Below, in pieces: positions 48,581-58,259 of a stretch of 64,000 nt of DNA. This DNA is from Myxococcales bacterium (GTDB lineage Bacteria > Myxococcota_A > UBA9042 > JABWCM01 > BTVJ01), in contig BTVJ01000018.1 of NCBI GenBank assembly GCA_045863395.1, forward strand, positions 49,326 to 113,325. The letters run 5' to 3'. The notes under the pieces were generated by a model. It saw nothing but the letters and a program-made list of their open reading frames with translations. It made no database searches and had not been told where the DNA came from. The first letter of the stretch is position 1. The number at the start of each line of letters is the position of its first letter. The position numbers and the translations under genes were made by a program.

Positions 48581-51211
48581 ATGAAGACCTGGATCAAGCT
48601 CGTCACGGCCTTCTCTGTGGCCGTCACCGGCGCCTGCAGCCAAGACGAAGACCCCAGCGGGAGCGCTGGCGGAGCGCAGGATGCGGTGACGGCAGATGCT
48701 TCGGGCACGAGCGATGTGCCGCACTCCGGCACCACGGACACGACGCCTGGCGAGGACGGCGACGGCGCCGGCAACGGGGGCGGCGCCCCTGATACATCCA
48801 CGTCGGACGCCGGGCCGAGCGATACGGGCTCCGCCACCACGGACACGGGCGGCCCCGGCGACACGGGCGCCCCAGACTCCGGCCCCGATGTCAGCGAGGA
48901 GCCGGACGTCTCCGAGGGCCCGGACGTCCAGGAGCCGGGCACCGGCTTCGATTCGGCAGAGATGATGCTCCGCATCATCGGCCCGTCCCCCCACGACTGG
49001 GCGCAGAGCGCGACCCCGTACCTGAACCTCAATGGCGTGCTGTTCGGCCACGCGGACTCGATCACCTGGATCCTCGAGGAGAGCGGGGCCACCGGCGAGA
49101 TCACCGTGGGCGCGTTCTGGTATGCCGGCGGCATCCAGCTCCAGGAGGGCACCAACACGATCTCGGTCATCGCCTCGTCCGACACGAGCGTCGCGACGGA
49201 CCAGATCAAGGTCGTCCACAACCCGACCTTCGCCTTCGACGGCCCACCGCGGCTCCTGCCGCCGGCCCTGTTCGTCGGGGAGAGCACCCAGGCCTTCGCC
49301 AACATCCGCCTGTCCACCTACAAGAACTTCGACCCCAACACGGTGCAGCTCCACATGGTCGACGCCAACGGCGAGCTGATGGAGACCAAGGGGCCGATGA
49401 AGGACAACGGCAACACGGCCTCCAACTGCGATGAGGTGGACAAGGACGGGCTGTTCTCTGCGTGCCTCACCCTCAACGTGCCCACGGAGTCTTGCGTTCA
49501 TGTTCGCGCCTCCGTTCAAGCGACGGTCGGGTTCCAGAAGTACGAGGCGTGGTCACCGACGACCAAGGTCTGTGCCGTTCCCCGCATCACGCCCCAGACC
49601 TGCCAGGCCGTGCAGACGACGCAGAAGGACGCCAAGGCCCAGTACCTGACGCTCCTCCAGACCTCGACGCCGGCCCAGGCACAGGCGGCGCTCATCGAGG
49701 ACCTCCTCAAGAGCCCCGACGTCGCCGAGGCCGGCCCCGCCACCGACGGGTACGGCGTCTGGATCCTATACGCCAACGGCCTCCTGGGCGCCCTCGACCT
49801 GAGCCCGGAGGGCCTGCGAGGCGGCGGTTGGACGACGATCGACTCCGCAGCGGTCACGGTCAGCAACGACGTCGGCTCCAAGGAGGCGACGATCCTGGCA
49901 CCCTTCAAGGCGGAGTTCGGGGACCAGGACGAGGCCATGGAGGTCGCGACGGTGCTCAAGGCGGTAGGGTGCCCCTTCTTCGGGGTCAGCGCCTTCCAGA
50001 ACGACCAGGCGTCCCTCTACCGGTTCCGCCACATGAACGACTCCGGCATCGTCGCCATCTCAAGCCATGGCGACACCTACTTCGGCGGCCTCTCCGCAGG
50101 CGCGCGGGCGAAGATCGACTGGGATCACGACGGCAGCCAGGAGGTGATCTGGACGGGAGAGAAGATCGACTGCACGCGCTTCATGCAGGCCGCAAAGTCC
50201 TGCGCAAATGACGGACTGGAGTGCGAGAACGGCGCCGGTGAGTGCCTGATCGGGAAGTCCAAGCAGTGCGTCGACTTCAAGCAGCACGACCTCCGCCGGG
50301 GCCGGGTGATCTTCGGGGACGAGGTCTACGGCATCGTGCCCGACTTCGTGACCCACCACGCCGCGGCAAAGCCGTACAGCAAGGCGGTCGTCTATCTCGG
50401 CGCATGCCGCACCCTGTGGAACGGCGGCTTCGCGGCAGCCTTCTTCGGCGCTGGCGCACAGACCGTCCTGGGCTACACCGACTACGTCACGAGCCAGTTC
50501 GCCCACGACAGAGGCCTCGAGTTCTTCCAGCGCCTGATCACGGACAAGCTGACCGCTGCCGAGGCCTACGGGGAGGGCGCGAGCGATACCGAGGCGGGCG
50601 GCGAGTTCCGGCTGTTCGGCGCGGGGAAGGCGACCGCGCGGGATGGCAGCATCGTCAACCCGTCCTTCGAGGCGGGCAACCTCACCGCGTGGTCCAAGGA
50701 CGGCGACGGCCGCGTCATCTCGCAGCTCGGTCAGACCGTGCCCGTCGACGGCAAGTTCATGGGCCTCGTGTCGTCAGGTCTGGGCTTCACCCAGGAGATC
50801 GGCGTCCTCACGCAGAAGTTCTGCATCGAGGCGGGCAAGTCCACGGCGAGCTTCTACTGGAAGTACTATAGCGAGGAGTTCCTGGAGTTCTGCGGTTCGG
50901 GCTACCAGGACCCCTTCCAGGCCTCACTGGCCAGCGATATCGGCAAGATCACCCTCGTCGACGTCAAGATCAACGACCTGTGTCCGCCGAACCAGTGCGG
51001 CGGCTGCGGCGGCAAGTACGTGGGCCTCGAGCCGTCGGACGTCAGCTTCGACCAGGGGGACGTCTACAACACACAGTGGCAGCTCGCGCAGCTCAACATC
51101 TCCGCGCTCACGGCCATCACCGGCCCCGTCACGATCAAGTTCTTCATCACCGATGCGGGCGACTCAATCTACGACACCGTCGTCCTCATCGACAAGATCG
51201 ACTTCAAGTAG
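48581..51211 (+). CDS. Large lipoprotein (876 aa): Ig-like domains, putative clan-CD (caspase/gingipain-like) domain, C-terminal beta-sandwich
   Basis: Lipobox TGAC, D/G/T stalk, 'LQEGTNTISV' Ig-like strand, 'DNG…D…DGLFS', IVAISSHG…VVYLGAC. Confidence 0.8.
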   Translation: MKTWIKLVTAFSVAVTGACSQDEDPSGSAGGAQDAVTADASGTSDVPHSGTTDTTPGEDGDGAGNGGGAPDTSTSDAGPSDTGSATTDTGGPGDTGAPDSGPDVSEEPDVSEGPDVQEPGTGFDSAEMMLRIIGPSPHDWAQSATPYLNLNGVLFGHADSITWILEESGATGEITVGAFWYAGGIQLQEGTNTISVIASSDTSVATDQIKVVHNPTFAFDGPPRLLPPALFVGESTQAFANIRLSTYKNFDPNTVQLHMVDANGELMETKGPMKDNGNTASNCDEVDKDGLFSACLTLNVPTESCVHVRASVQATVGFQKYEAWSPTTKVCAVPRITPQTCQAVQTTQKDAKAQYLTLLQTSTPAQAQAALIEDLLKSPDVAEAGPATDGYGVWILYANGLLGALDLSPEGLRGGGWTTIDSAAVTVSNDVGSKEATILAPFKAEFGDQDEAMEVATVLKAVGCPFFGVSAFQNDQASLYRFRHMNDSGIVAISSHGDTYFGGLSAGARAKIDWDHDGSQEVIWTGEKIDCTRFMQAAKSCANDGLECENGAGECLIGKSKQCVDFKQHDLRRGRVIFGDEVYGIVPDFVTHHAAAKPYSKAVVYLGACRTLWNGGFAAAFFGAGAQTVLGYTDYVTSQFAHDRGLEFFQRLITDKLTAAEAYGEGASDTEAGGEFRLFGAGKATARDGSIVNPSFEAGNLTAWSKDGDGRVISQLGQTVPVDGKFMGLVSSGLGFTQEIGVLTQKFCIEAGKSTASFYWKYYSEEFLEFCGSGYQDPFQASLASDIGKITLVDVKINDLCPPNQCGGCGGKYVGLEPSDVSFDQGDVYNTQWQLAQLNISALTAITGPVTIKFFITDAGDSIYDTVVLIDKIDFK

Positions 51212-51222
51212 GTCGGCGCGGG

Positions 51223-51246
51223 ACGCCCCGGGACACGCCCCGGGAC
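51223..51246. repeat. 12-bp tandem repeat (possible enhancer-binding-protein site)
   Basis: ACGCCCCGGGAC twice, about 120-145 nt upstream of the predicted sigma54 start. Confidence 0.5.
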
Positions 51247-51269
51247 AGTGGGGTGTGACACGGCGTGCG

Positions 51270-51296
51270 GAGGGAGGGCACCCACGGCCCTCCCTC
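51270..51296 (+). terminator. GC-rich hairpin after the 876-aa lipoprotein gene
   Basis: GAGGGAGGGC-ACCCACG-GCCCTCCCTC, a perfect 10-bp stem; no U-tract. Confidence 0.45.
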
Positions 51297-51340
51297 ATGG
51301 GATCCCAAGGACTTCCCCTCCATCGACGACCCCAGGGCCG

Positions 51341-51357
51341 TTGGCACGAAAGATGCT
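51341..51357 (+). promoter_or_regulatory. sigma54 (-24/-12) promoter
   Basis: TTGGCACGAAAGATGCT: exact GG-N10-GC, matching the TGGCACG…TGC consensus. Confidence 0.75.
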
Positions 51358-51366
51358 GCTGCACTT

Positions 51367-51544
51367 CGGTCGTGGGGCGGCGAGCCCGCTTCGAGTCCAA
51401 GACCAACCCCCTTTGCCCGGTGTCCCGTTCACCTCAAAAAAATGACGGGGCATGCTACATCGGTCGGCGTGACGCCGGGCAAGGGGGGTTCACCCATCAC
51501 ACCAGAGCGTACCGTTTGCAGGCTCTCGCCACGCTCCGTGACCG
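51367..51544 (+). ncRNA. Candidate 6S-like structured RNA (~178 nt)
   Basis: Hand-folded. Closing stem 51367-51389/51518-51544, asymmetric central bubble, 20-bp stem 51405-51424/51471-51490, apical hairpin. G-U pairs form only on the + strand. The 5' end coincides with the sigma54 TSS. Confidence 0.65.
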
Positions 51545-51590
51545 GGCGCTGGCAGGGACCCAGACCTCGCTTTCATGTACCCTTCAGCCC

Positions 51591-52025
51591 ATGGACCCCA
51601 GGCCCCCTATTGCGACGTCCCTGACCGACCTGATCGCGGTCGTGGTGCTGCCGTTGGCGCGACCGGGGGAGGTCGACCTCCTCCCGCTCGTGCACCTGGG
51701 TGTCGCCCGCCACCTGGAGCCATGGCGACCCCTTCGCGGCGCGCGCTGTGCGCCTCCCGAGGTCGCGCGCGGCGGGCGCGTCGTTCGGGCCCGCAAGGCC
51801 GCAGACGGCACCTTCCATCTCGAGCGGCGCTATGACGACGTGATCGAGCTGTTGACCCAGCCCCTGCCGGCGGAGGCGCTCCTGAACGCGCTGTGGGCCC
51901 TGATCGCCCACGGGCTGCGCCGTGCAGGTCCCGACATCCGCGCGCTGCGCGTGCTTGCGCGCCTGGAGGCCCACGAGGACGAGCGGGTTCGAGCCGAAGC
52001 GCGCGCGGCGGCCCTCAAGCTGTAG
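51591..52025 (+). CDS. Hypothetical protein (144 aa)
   Basis: ATG 51591, GC-rich third positions, fills the gap before efp; no recognised motif. Confidence 0.5.
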   Translation: MDPRPPIATSLTDLIAVVVLPLARPGEVDLLPLVHLGVARHLEPWRPLRGARCAPPEVARGGRVVRARKAADGTFHLERRYDDVIELLTQPLPAEALLNALWALIAHGLRRAGPDIRALRVLARLEAHEDERVRAEARAAALKL

Positions 52026-52065
52026 CGGGGGTGGAGGCATGTGCCGTCGTGGGCCACGCCCGAGG

Positions 52066-52632
52066 CTACTTCGCGCGCTCCAGGTACCGCCCGTCTCGCG
52101 TGTCCACACGGATGCGCTCCCCCTGCTCGAGGAACAGCGGGACCTGGACCCGGAGGCCCGTCTCGACCACCGCCTCCTTCGTCACGGCGGTCACCGTGTC
52201 GCCCTTGATGCCGGGGTCGCACTGCGTGATCTCGTAGACCGCGGTGTTCGGGAGCTCCAGGCCCACGGGGCGCTCATTGTAGAAGACCAGCCGCACCTCC
52301 ATGTTCTCCGTGAGGTACAGCGCTTGATCCCCCAACAGGTCGGCGTCCAGCGGCACTTGATCGTAGGTGGCGCTGTCGAGGAAGTAGTAGTGCTCGCCTT
52401 CCACGTACAGGAACTGGCCGTTGCGCATCTCGATGTCGGGCTCACGGAACTTCTCGCCGGACTTGAAAGTGACCGCCTGGAACTGGCCGGTCAGGACGTT
52501 CTTCACCTTGGCCTTCACGAGGGTGGCCCCGCCGCGGGCAGAGGGGCTCTGCGTCGTGGAGTCGAGGACCACCCACGGCTCGCCGTTCCACTCGAAGCGC
52601 TGGCCCTTCTTGAAGTCCGCTGTAGAGATCAT
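52066..52632 (-). CDS. yeiP: Elongation factor P-like protein EfpL/YeiP
   Basis: EF-P fold (KGDTV..VTK.A..ETG..VQVPLF…VDTRDG.Y) with loop SPSARGGA instead of PGKG. Confidence 0.85.
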   Translation of the reverse strand: MISTADFKKGQRFEWNGEPWVVLDSTTQSPSARGGATLVKAKVKNVLTGQFQAVTFKSGEKFREPDIEMRNGQFLYVEGEHYYFLDSATYDQVPLDADLLGDQALYLTENMEVRLVFYNERPVGLELPNTAVYEITQCDPGIKGDTVTAVTKEAVVETGLRVQVPLFLEQGERIRVDTRDGRYLERAK

Positions 52633-52749
52633 GGTGCTCCTCTCCTTTGAAGCTGGGGAGGCGCGAGTCTAGCGCGGGCTCCAGCGGGATTCCAGGGGGG
52701 AGGGGGCGAGACCGTGGGGCCCGGCAGGCACCGAGGGCGGAACGAGGGG

Positions 52750-54858
52750 TCAGCGGCCGCGACGGGACGGAGCCTGGGTCCGCGCGCCCGTGCTCCGCGA
52801 GGGGGCCTGCTGCTTCGGACGGGACTGCTGCGGCGCGCTCGCCGCGGGTCGCGGCGCGCTGTGGGACGGCATGGTCGCAGAGCGCGTGGGCGCTGAGGAG
52901 CGAGCTGGCGCCGCCGCGGGGCGATGCGACGAGGGCGCCGAAGCTGCCGGCGAGGTCGCATGCCGCTGCGGCGTGGGCTGTGAGGCCGCGGCGCGGGGCG
53001 CCGCCCACGGCGTCGAGGAGCGGCTGCTGGTGGACGGCTGCACGGCCGCGCGGGGCGTCGCCGGCGTCGAGGAGCGACCGCTGGTGTGCGGCTGCACGGC
53101 TGCGCGGGGCGCCGGAGCCGTGGCCTTCGCCGCGGGTGCATGGGACCGGGCGCCCGCCGCGGGCTGTGATGCCTCACGGTGCGAGGTCGGCGCCGTGCTG
53201 GTGCCACGCGGGGACGGCGAGCTGGACCGCGGCGCCTGGTTGGCGGTGCTCGGGGCCGCACGCTCCGTCGTCGACCGCCCCCAGTCGCCGGTCCCGCGGG
53301 AGGGCGTCGCCTTGGACGGCTCCCGGGCAGCTCCCTGGTGCGCCGCCGCCGGGGCCTTGTTGCTGGGACCGCCGGCTCGAACCGCAGGAGCGCCGCGATC
53401 CGACTGCCTGGCATCAGCGGCGGGGCGCGTGTCCCGCGTCGGAGAGATCGTCGGCGCGTGTCGCTCGGAGGTGCTCGACCGATGGGGCGCCACTGCGCCG
53501 CGGCTGTCCGCCCTCGACGGGTCGACCGGTGCGCCGCGGTGAGCTACCGCAGTCCCCTTGCCGCGTGCCGGGGACTCCGAAGCGCGTGTGGCCGAGTGGG
53601 CAGCACGCGACGCCTCCGATGCACCGCGCGGAGCTGCGTTCATTGCCGTGCGCGTCGGGGACGCGGCCTCTACGGCTGGCCGTCCACCGGCCGCGTGGGC
53701 GGCGCGCGACGGGTTCGGCGCGGCCTGGGCACGGTCGTAACCTGCGGACGCCGTCGCCGCTGGGCGGTTGGCGCCGGAGGTCCCGTGCGCGGCCTTCGCG
53801 TACTTGGCGCGGTCGGGCGTCGAGTGCCGTACCTTGTCAGTGGCACCCGGGACGTACTTCGCATAGGCCGGCTGCTTCGCCGCCTTCTTCGCGGCGGGAG
53901 GCGCGCCGTGCGCGTAGTGGACTGGTGCGGCCTTGGCGCCAGGCGACGCGTAGTAGGGCTTCTTGTACCCGTAGCCGCCCGCCGGGGCCGAACCCTTCGC
54001 CCAATAGCCCTTCTTGTAGCCTTTGCCCGCGTAGTGCCCGTCCACCCAGTGGTAGCCGTGCTTGTGGGCGGGGCGCCAGTGGCCCGACACCCAGTAGCCG
54101 TTGTGCACGTAGCCGGGCGCCCAGACCATGCCGTGGACGTGGGTCAGCGGGGTCCAACAGCCCCAGTACCACATGCCGTGGGAGTAGTAGCCCGACGTCC
54201 AGGTGAAGCCCACGTAGACCGACGGCCGCCAGAAGCCCATCACCCAGTAGCCATCATAGCCGACGTGTCCGGGGACCCAGGCGTAGCCAGCCTGCGTGGA
54301 CGCGGGGACCCAGTCGCCGAAGTAATAGACGCCGCCCGACCAGTAGGGGTCGACCCAGGTGTACCCCGGGACCGCGACCGGGCGGTAGTAGTCGTCGATC
54401 CAGTAGCGGTCCGCGCCAACGGTTCCGTAGACGACCGTGTAGCCGGACGGCGCGCCTCCGATGGGCTCCCAGTGCCCCCACACCCACACGCCGCCAACAT
54501 AGCGGCCGGGCACCCAGACCCAACCCGAACGCTCCTGCTTGCGCCAGAAGCCCTGCTGGTGGACACCGTCGTCGCCGCGGTGACCGTACTCCCAGACGTA
54601 GCCGGGCTCCGTCTGCTCCAGGGGCTCCCAGTGGGGCTCGACGAAGGCACCGCTCTCATCGTAGTAGGCGTCGACCCAGGCGTAGCCGGGCTCCTCGGCC
54701 TTGCGCCAGAAGCCGTCGACCATCTCACCATCGGGGGTTGCGTATCCGTCGACCCAGACGTACTCGGCGCCCGGGGAGGGCACCGTCTGGGCTCGACCGT
54801 CCGAGCCGGCTGCGAGGAGGGCAGCGGCGAGAAGTGCGCAAGCAAATGTGCGTGTCAT
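52750..54858 (-). CDS. Secreted YXWGXW (WXXGXW)-repeat protein with long low-complexity tail
   Basis: Signal peptide, many GY.WV.G.W units, Ala/Arg/Pro/Ser tail. SD AAGGAG. Confidence 0.85.
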   Translation of the reverse strand: MTRTFACALLAAALLAAGSDGRAQTVPSPGAEYVWVDGYATPDGEMVDGFWRKAEEPGYAWVDAYYDESGAFVEPHWEPLEQTEPGYVWEYGHRGDDGVHQQGFWRKQERSGWVWVPGRYVGGVWVWGHWEPIGGAPSGYTVVYGTVGADRYWIDDYYRPVAVPGYTWVDPYWSGGVYYFGDWVPASTQAGYAWVPGHVGYDGYWVMGFWRPSVYVGFTWTSGYYSHGMWYWGCWTPLTHVHGMVWAPGYVHNGYWVSGHWRPAHKHGYHWVDGHYAGKGYKKGYWAKGSAPAGGYGYKKPYYASPGAKAAPVHYAHGAPPAAKKAAKQPAYAKYVPGATDKVRHSTPDRAKYAKAAHGTSGANRPAATASAGYDRAQAAPNPSRAAHAAGGRPAVEAASPTRTAMNAAPRGASEASRAAHSATRASESPARGKGTAVAHRGAPVDPSRADSRGAVAPHRSSTSERHAPTISPTRDTRPAADARQSDRGAPAVRAGGPSNKAPAAAHQGAAREPSKATPSRGTGDWGRSTTERAAPSTANQAPRSSSPSPRGTSTAPTSHREASQPAAGARSHAPAAKATAPAPRAAVQPHTSGRSSTPATPRAAVQPSTSSRSSTPWAAPRAAASQPTPQRHATSPAASAPSSHRPAAAPARSSAPTRSATMPSHSAPRPAASAPQQSRPKQQAPSRSTGARTQAPSRRGR

Positions 54859-54932
54859 GGTCTTCTCCTTGTCATGCAGCCGGTCGCGAGGCAGGCGGCC
54901 GTTCCGGGCGACTTGACGCCACGACCCCCGTC

Positions 54933-57215
54933 CTATTCACGGCCCCGCTCGCCCCCCCTCCGCAGGCGCAGCGAGTTGGTGACCACCGACACGCTGCTCA
55001 TTGCCATGGCGCCAGCGGCCACCATCGGGCTCATGACGCCCAGGGCCGCCAGCGGGATGGCCAGCACATTGTAGACAAACGCCCAGAAGAGGTTCTGCCG
55101 AATCGTTCGCACCGTGCGTCGCGACAGGCGAATTGCCTGGGCCACCGCGCCGAGGTCCGCGTGAACGAGCGTGACGGCCGCGGCCCCGATGGCGACGTCC
55201 GTGCCGCTCCCCATGGCGATGCCCACGTCCGCTGCCGCCAACGCGGGAGCGTCGTTGACGCCGTCGCCGACCATGGCGACCGGTCCGGCCGAGGCGCGGC
55301 GCAGGCGGAGGATCTCGGCCTCTTTCGCCGCAGGGCCGACACCCGCGAGGACCGTGGAGATGCCGACCAGGCGGCCGATCTCTGTCGCGGTGCGCTCGTT
55401 GTCGCCGGTCAGGAGGACCGACTCCACTCCGAGGGAGCGGAGCCCGGTGATCGCGGCGGCGCTCGACGGGCGCGGGGCGTCGGCCAGGGCGATCAGGGCG
55501 ACCGGGGTGTCCTCGATGCTGGCGCAGACCACCGTGTGGCCGCTGGCCTCGTGGCGGTCGGAGAGCGCGGCGGCGGACGACGCGTCGACACCCATGGAGC
55601 GGAGCAGGGAGAGAGACCCGATGGCGACCTCCTGGCCGCCGACGAAGGCGACGACTCCCTGGCCCGGGAGGGCGCCGAACTGCTCCGGCTCGCGGAGCTC
55701 GGCGCCATGGTCGACCGCCCAGGCCGTGATGGCGCGGGCCAGGGGGTGCTCGCTGTACCGCTCGGCGCTGGCGACGAGGGACAGGGCCTCCCGGTGGGGC
55801 ATGGCGCCCAGGTCGTGCCACTCGACGACGGCGGGGCGGCCCGCCGTGACGGTGCCCGTCTTGTCCAGGACCACCGTGCGGACGGCCGCGAGGCGCTCCA
55901 GGGCAGAGGCGTCGCGAACCAGGATGCCGCGCCGGGCGGCGGTGCCCGCGCCGACGACGACCGCGGTGGGCGTGGCCAGCCCCAGGGCGCAGGGGCAGGC
56001 GACCACCAGGACTGCTACCGCGTGCATCACCGCCTCGGAGCCCGGCGCCCCCGCGACGAGCCAGCCGAGCAGGGTCCCGGCGGCGATGACGATGACGGTC
56101 GGGACGAAGACCGCGGCGACCCGGTCCACGTCGCGCTGGATGGGCGCGCGGGACGCCTGGGCCTGCGCCACGAGGCGGACGATCTGCTCCAGGACCGTGG
56201 CCTCGCCCACGGCCGTGGCCTCGACGACGAGGCGACCGTCCATGGCGACGGTGCCGCCGACGACCGCGTCGCCCGGGGAGCGGGTGACCGGGAGGCTCTC
56301 CCCCGTGAGCATGGACTCGTCGACGTCGGCGCGGCCCTCGCGCACGACGCCATCGGTGGGGATGCGCTCGCCGGGCCGGACCACGAGGAGATCGCCGCGC
56401 AGCACCTCGGCCACGGGGATCTCCACTTCGACCGCGCGCCTCACCCGCGCCAGGGGCGGGCGGAGAACCATCAAGGCACGAAGCGCCGCGCGGGTGCGGC
56501 CCCGGGCCCGTGACTCCAGCCAGCGGCCGAGCAGGATGAGGGTGACGATGACGCCAGCGGTCTCGAAGTACAGGTGATGCGCGCCCATCAGAAGCAGGGC
56601 GATGCTGTAGCCCCAGGCCGCCAGGGTGCCGAGGCTGACCAGGGTGTCCATGTTGGCGCTGGCGTGGAGCAGACGGAGGGCCGCCACGCGGTGGAAGGTC
56701 CAGCCGGCGCCGAAGACGACGGGCGTGGCGAGCGCGAGCTCCAGCCAGGCGCGCCCAGGGAGGTGGACGTCGCCCATGACCAGGAGGAAGAGGGGAGCCG
56801 TGAGCGCCGCCGCGAAGAGCAGGCGCAACCTCGCCGCGCGGGCCTCGTCGGTGTCGTCGGGCAGGTCTGCGCTGGCTCCCCTGATGGGCTCCAGGGTGTA
56901 CCCGATGGCTGCGACGGCGGCCACGACCTCTGCTGGGCCGCCGGAGGCCAGGCGGACTGAAGCCTCCTCCGTCGCGAAGCTCACCGCGACGTCCTCGACG
57001 CCCTCCATGGCCTCGAGGCGGTGCTGGATGCTCGCGGCGCAGGTGGCGCAGTGCATGCCCCGCACGCGAAAGCGGACCGTCTCGGCTGGCGCAGTGGGGA
57101 GGGAGTCGCCCGGAACTTCTGAGCGCAGGCCCCCGACGGCGTTGGTCGGGTCGCGGGCTCCTCCTTCGGGCAGCGGGAGGGGGCCCGTCGCCGGCGCGGC
57201 CGGATCGGGCCCCAT
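54933..57215 (-). CDS. copA: Cu(+)-type P1B-1 heavy-metal ATPase
   Basis: [38 protein letters not shown]. True start at ATG 57215 (TGATG overlap). Confidence 0.93.
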   Translation of the reverse strand: MGPDPAAPATGPLPLPEGGARDPTNAVGGLRSEVPGDSLPTAPAETVRFRVRGMHCATCAASIQHRLEAMEGVEDVAVSFATEEASVRLASGGPAEVVAAVAAIGYTLEPIRGASADLPDDTDEARAARLRLLFAAALTAPLFLLVMGDVHLPGRAWLELALATPVVFGAGWTFHRVAALRLLHASANMDTLVSLGTLAAWGYSIALLLMGAHHLYFETAGVIVTLILLGRWLESRARGRTRAALRALMVLRPPLARVRRAVEVEIPVAEVLRGDLLVVRPGERIPTDGVVREGRADVDESMLTGESLPVTRSPGDAVVGGTVAMDGRLVVEATAVGEATVLEQIVRLVAQAQASRAPIQRDVDRVAAVFVPTVIVIAAGTLLGWLVAGAPGSEAVMHAVAVLVVACPCALGLATPTAVVVGAGTAARRGILVRDASALERLAAVRTVVLDKTGTVTAGRPAVVEWHDLGAMPHREALSLVASAERYSEHPLARAITAWAVDHGAELREPEQFGALPGQGVVAFVGGQEVAIGSLSLLRSMGVDASSAAALSDRHEASGHTVVCASIEDTPVALIALADAPRPSSAAAITGLRSLGVESVLLTGDNERTATEIGRLVGISTVLAGVGPAAKEAEILRLRRASAGPVAMVGDGVNDAPALAAADVGIAMGSGTDVAIGAAAVTLVHADLGAVAQAIRLSRRTVRTIRQNLFWAFVYNVLAIPLAALGVMSPMVAAGAMAMSSVSVVTNSLRLRRGGERGRE

Positions 57216-58174
57216 CAGAGGGACTCGCCCCCCGTGGAGGCACCCTCTCCGATGGCGAAGCTCTGCCCCGACGCGCTGTCCGTGCACGTGCCGGTGACGG
57301 TCGCGCCCGAGGGATCGATGGTGCACGTGAGGGTCCCGTCCTCCGCGCGCACCTCGATGGTCCCCGACGTGAACGTCAGGTTGCCCTGCTGGTCCTTGGT
57401 GTAGGTCTCGCCCACCGCCAGGACGAGCTCCTGGCCGGGATCGTCGGGGAGCGGCGCGAGCACCTCCAGAGTCTGGGAGGCGGAGCCCGCGTCCGATGCG
57501 GCGCACCACTTGAGCCCCGCGCGCTGGGCGTCGCCGTTGAAGGTGAGATCGTACATCGCGATCATGCAGCCCGACGTCAGGTCGCCGGCGGCGAGGGCCG
57601 CCTGGCTCGCGCCGCACCCGTTCATGGCGAAGAAGTACGTGCCGTTGGCCGTGAAGCCCCCGTCCGTGAGCTGGAGGAACGCGTCGCTGAACACGTACTC
57701 GATGCTCCCCTCGAAGCAGCTCTCGCTCACGGACAGAGCCCAGGCCTGGGACATGGTGCCCGAGCCCTGACAGGGGGTGCCGTTCGCCTCCGCGACCCCG
57801 CAGAAGCAGGCCAGGTCCACCGACCAGGTCGTGTCCTCGCCGAGGCAGGCATCGCCCTGGACGCATCCCGCGAAGGCAGAGCAGGTGCCGTCGTCCGCCT
57901 TGGCGTCGAGCACCAGGGACGATCGAAGGCCACCGAAGGTGCTGCCCCAGGACGTGCTCGCCGTGTTGACGGAGCGGGAGTCGGACGCGCCGCCGAGACC
58001 GGCGCCGATGATGGACGCGCCCGTCTGGTTGTCGAACTTCTTGATGCTGCCCGTGGGGGTGAGGAACCTCGACAGGGCTGTGGCGAACTTGCTCCCACGC
58101 ACTCCGGCGCCACCGCTGGAGCATCCGAGGGGCCCGCACAGGGCAAGGAGAACCAAGCCGATGACCCACTTCAT
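57215..58174 (-). CDS. Cys-rich hypothetical lipoprotein
   Basis: MKWVIGLV…PLGC lipobox; about 12 Cys in the mature part. SD AGGAGG. Confidence 0.75.
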   Translation of the reverse strand: MKWVIGLVLLALCGPLGCSSGGAGVRGSKFATALSRFLTPTGSIKKFDNQTGASIIGAGLGGASDSRSVNTASTSWGSTFGGLRSSLVLDAKADDGTCSAFAGCVQGDACLGEDTTWSVDLACFCGVAEANGTPCQGSGTMSQAWALSVSESCFEGSIEYVFSDAFLQLTDGGFTANGTYFFAMNGCGASQAALAAGDLTSGCMIAMYDLTFNGDAQRAGLKWCAASDAGSASQTLEVLAPLPDDPGQELVLAVGETYTKDQQGNLTFTSGTIEVRAEDGTLTCTIDPSGATVTGTCTDSASGQSFAIGEGASTGGESL

Positions 58175-58213
58175 GGAACCTCCTGTTGCTTGCGACCCCC
58201 GGGCAACACTGGT

Positions 58214-58230
58214 AACACGATGCGTGCCAG
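58214..58230 (-). promoter_or_regulatory. Possible sigma54 promoter for the lipoprotein-copA operon
   Basis: Minus strand CTGGCACGCATCGTGTT: perfect -24 element, -12 is GT rather than GC. Confidence 0.35.
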
Positions 58231-58259
58231 TTGGACAGCGGCAAGCCCGGAGGCGGCCC

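Noticed and set aside
51367..51544. SRP RNA, tmRNA, RNase P RNA or tRNA identity for the structured element
   Set aside because: It lacks the SRP GGAA/AGCAG domain, tRNA-like ends and RNase P conserved motifs.
52991..53110. CRISPR-like repeat
   Set aside because: In-frame coding duplication without unique spacers; no cas genes.
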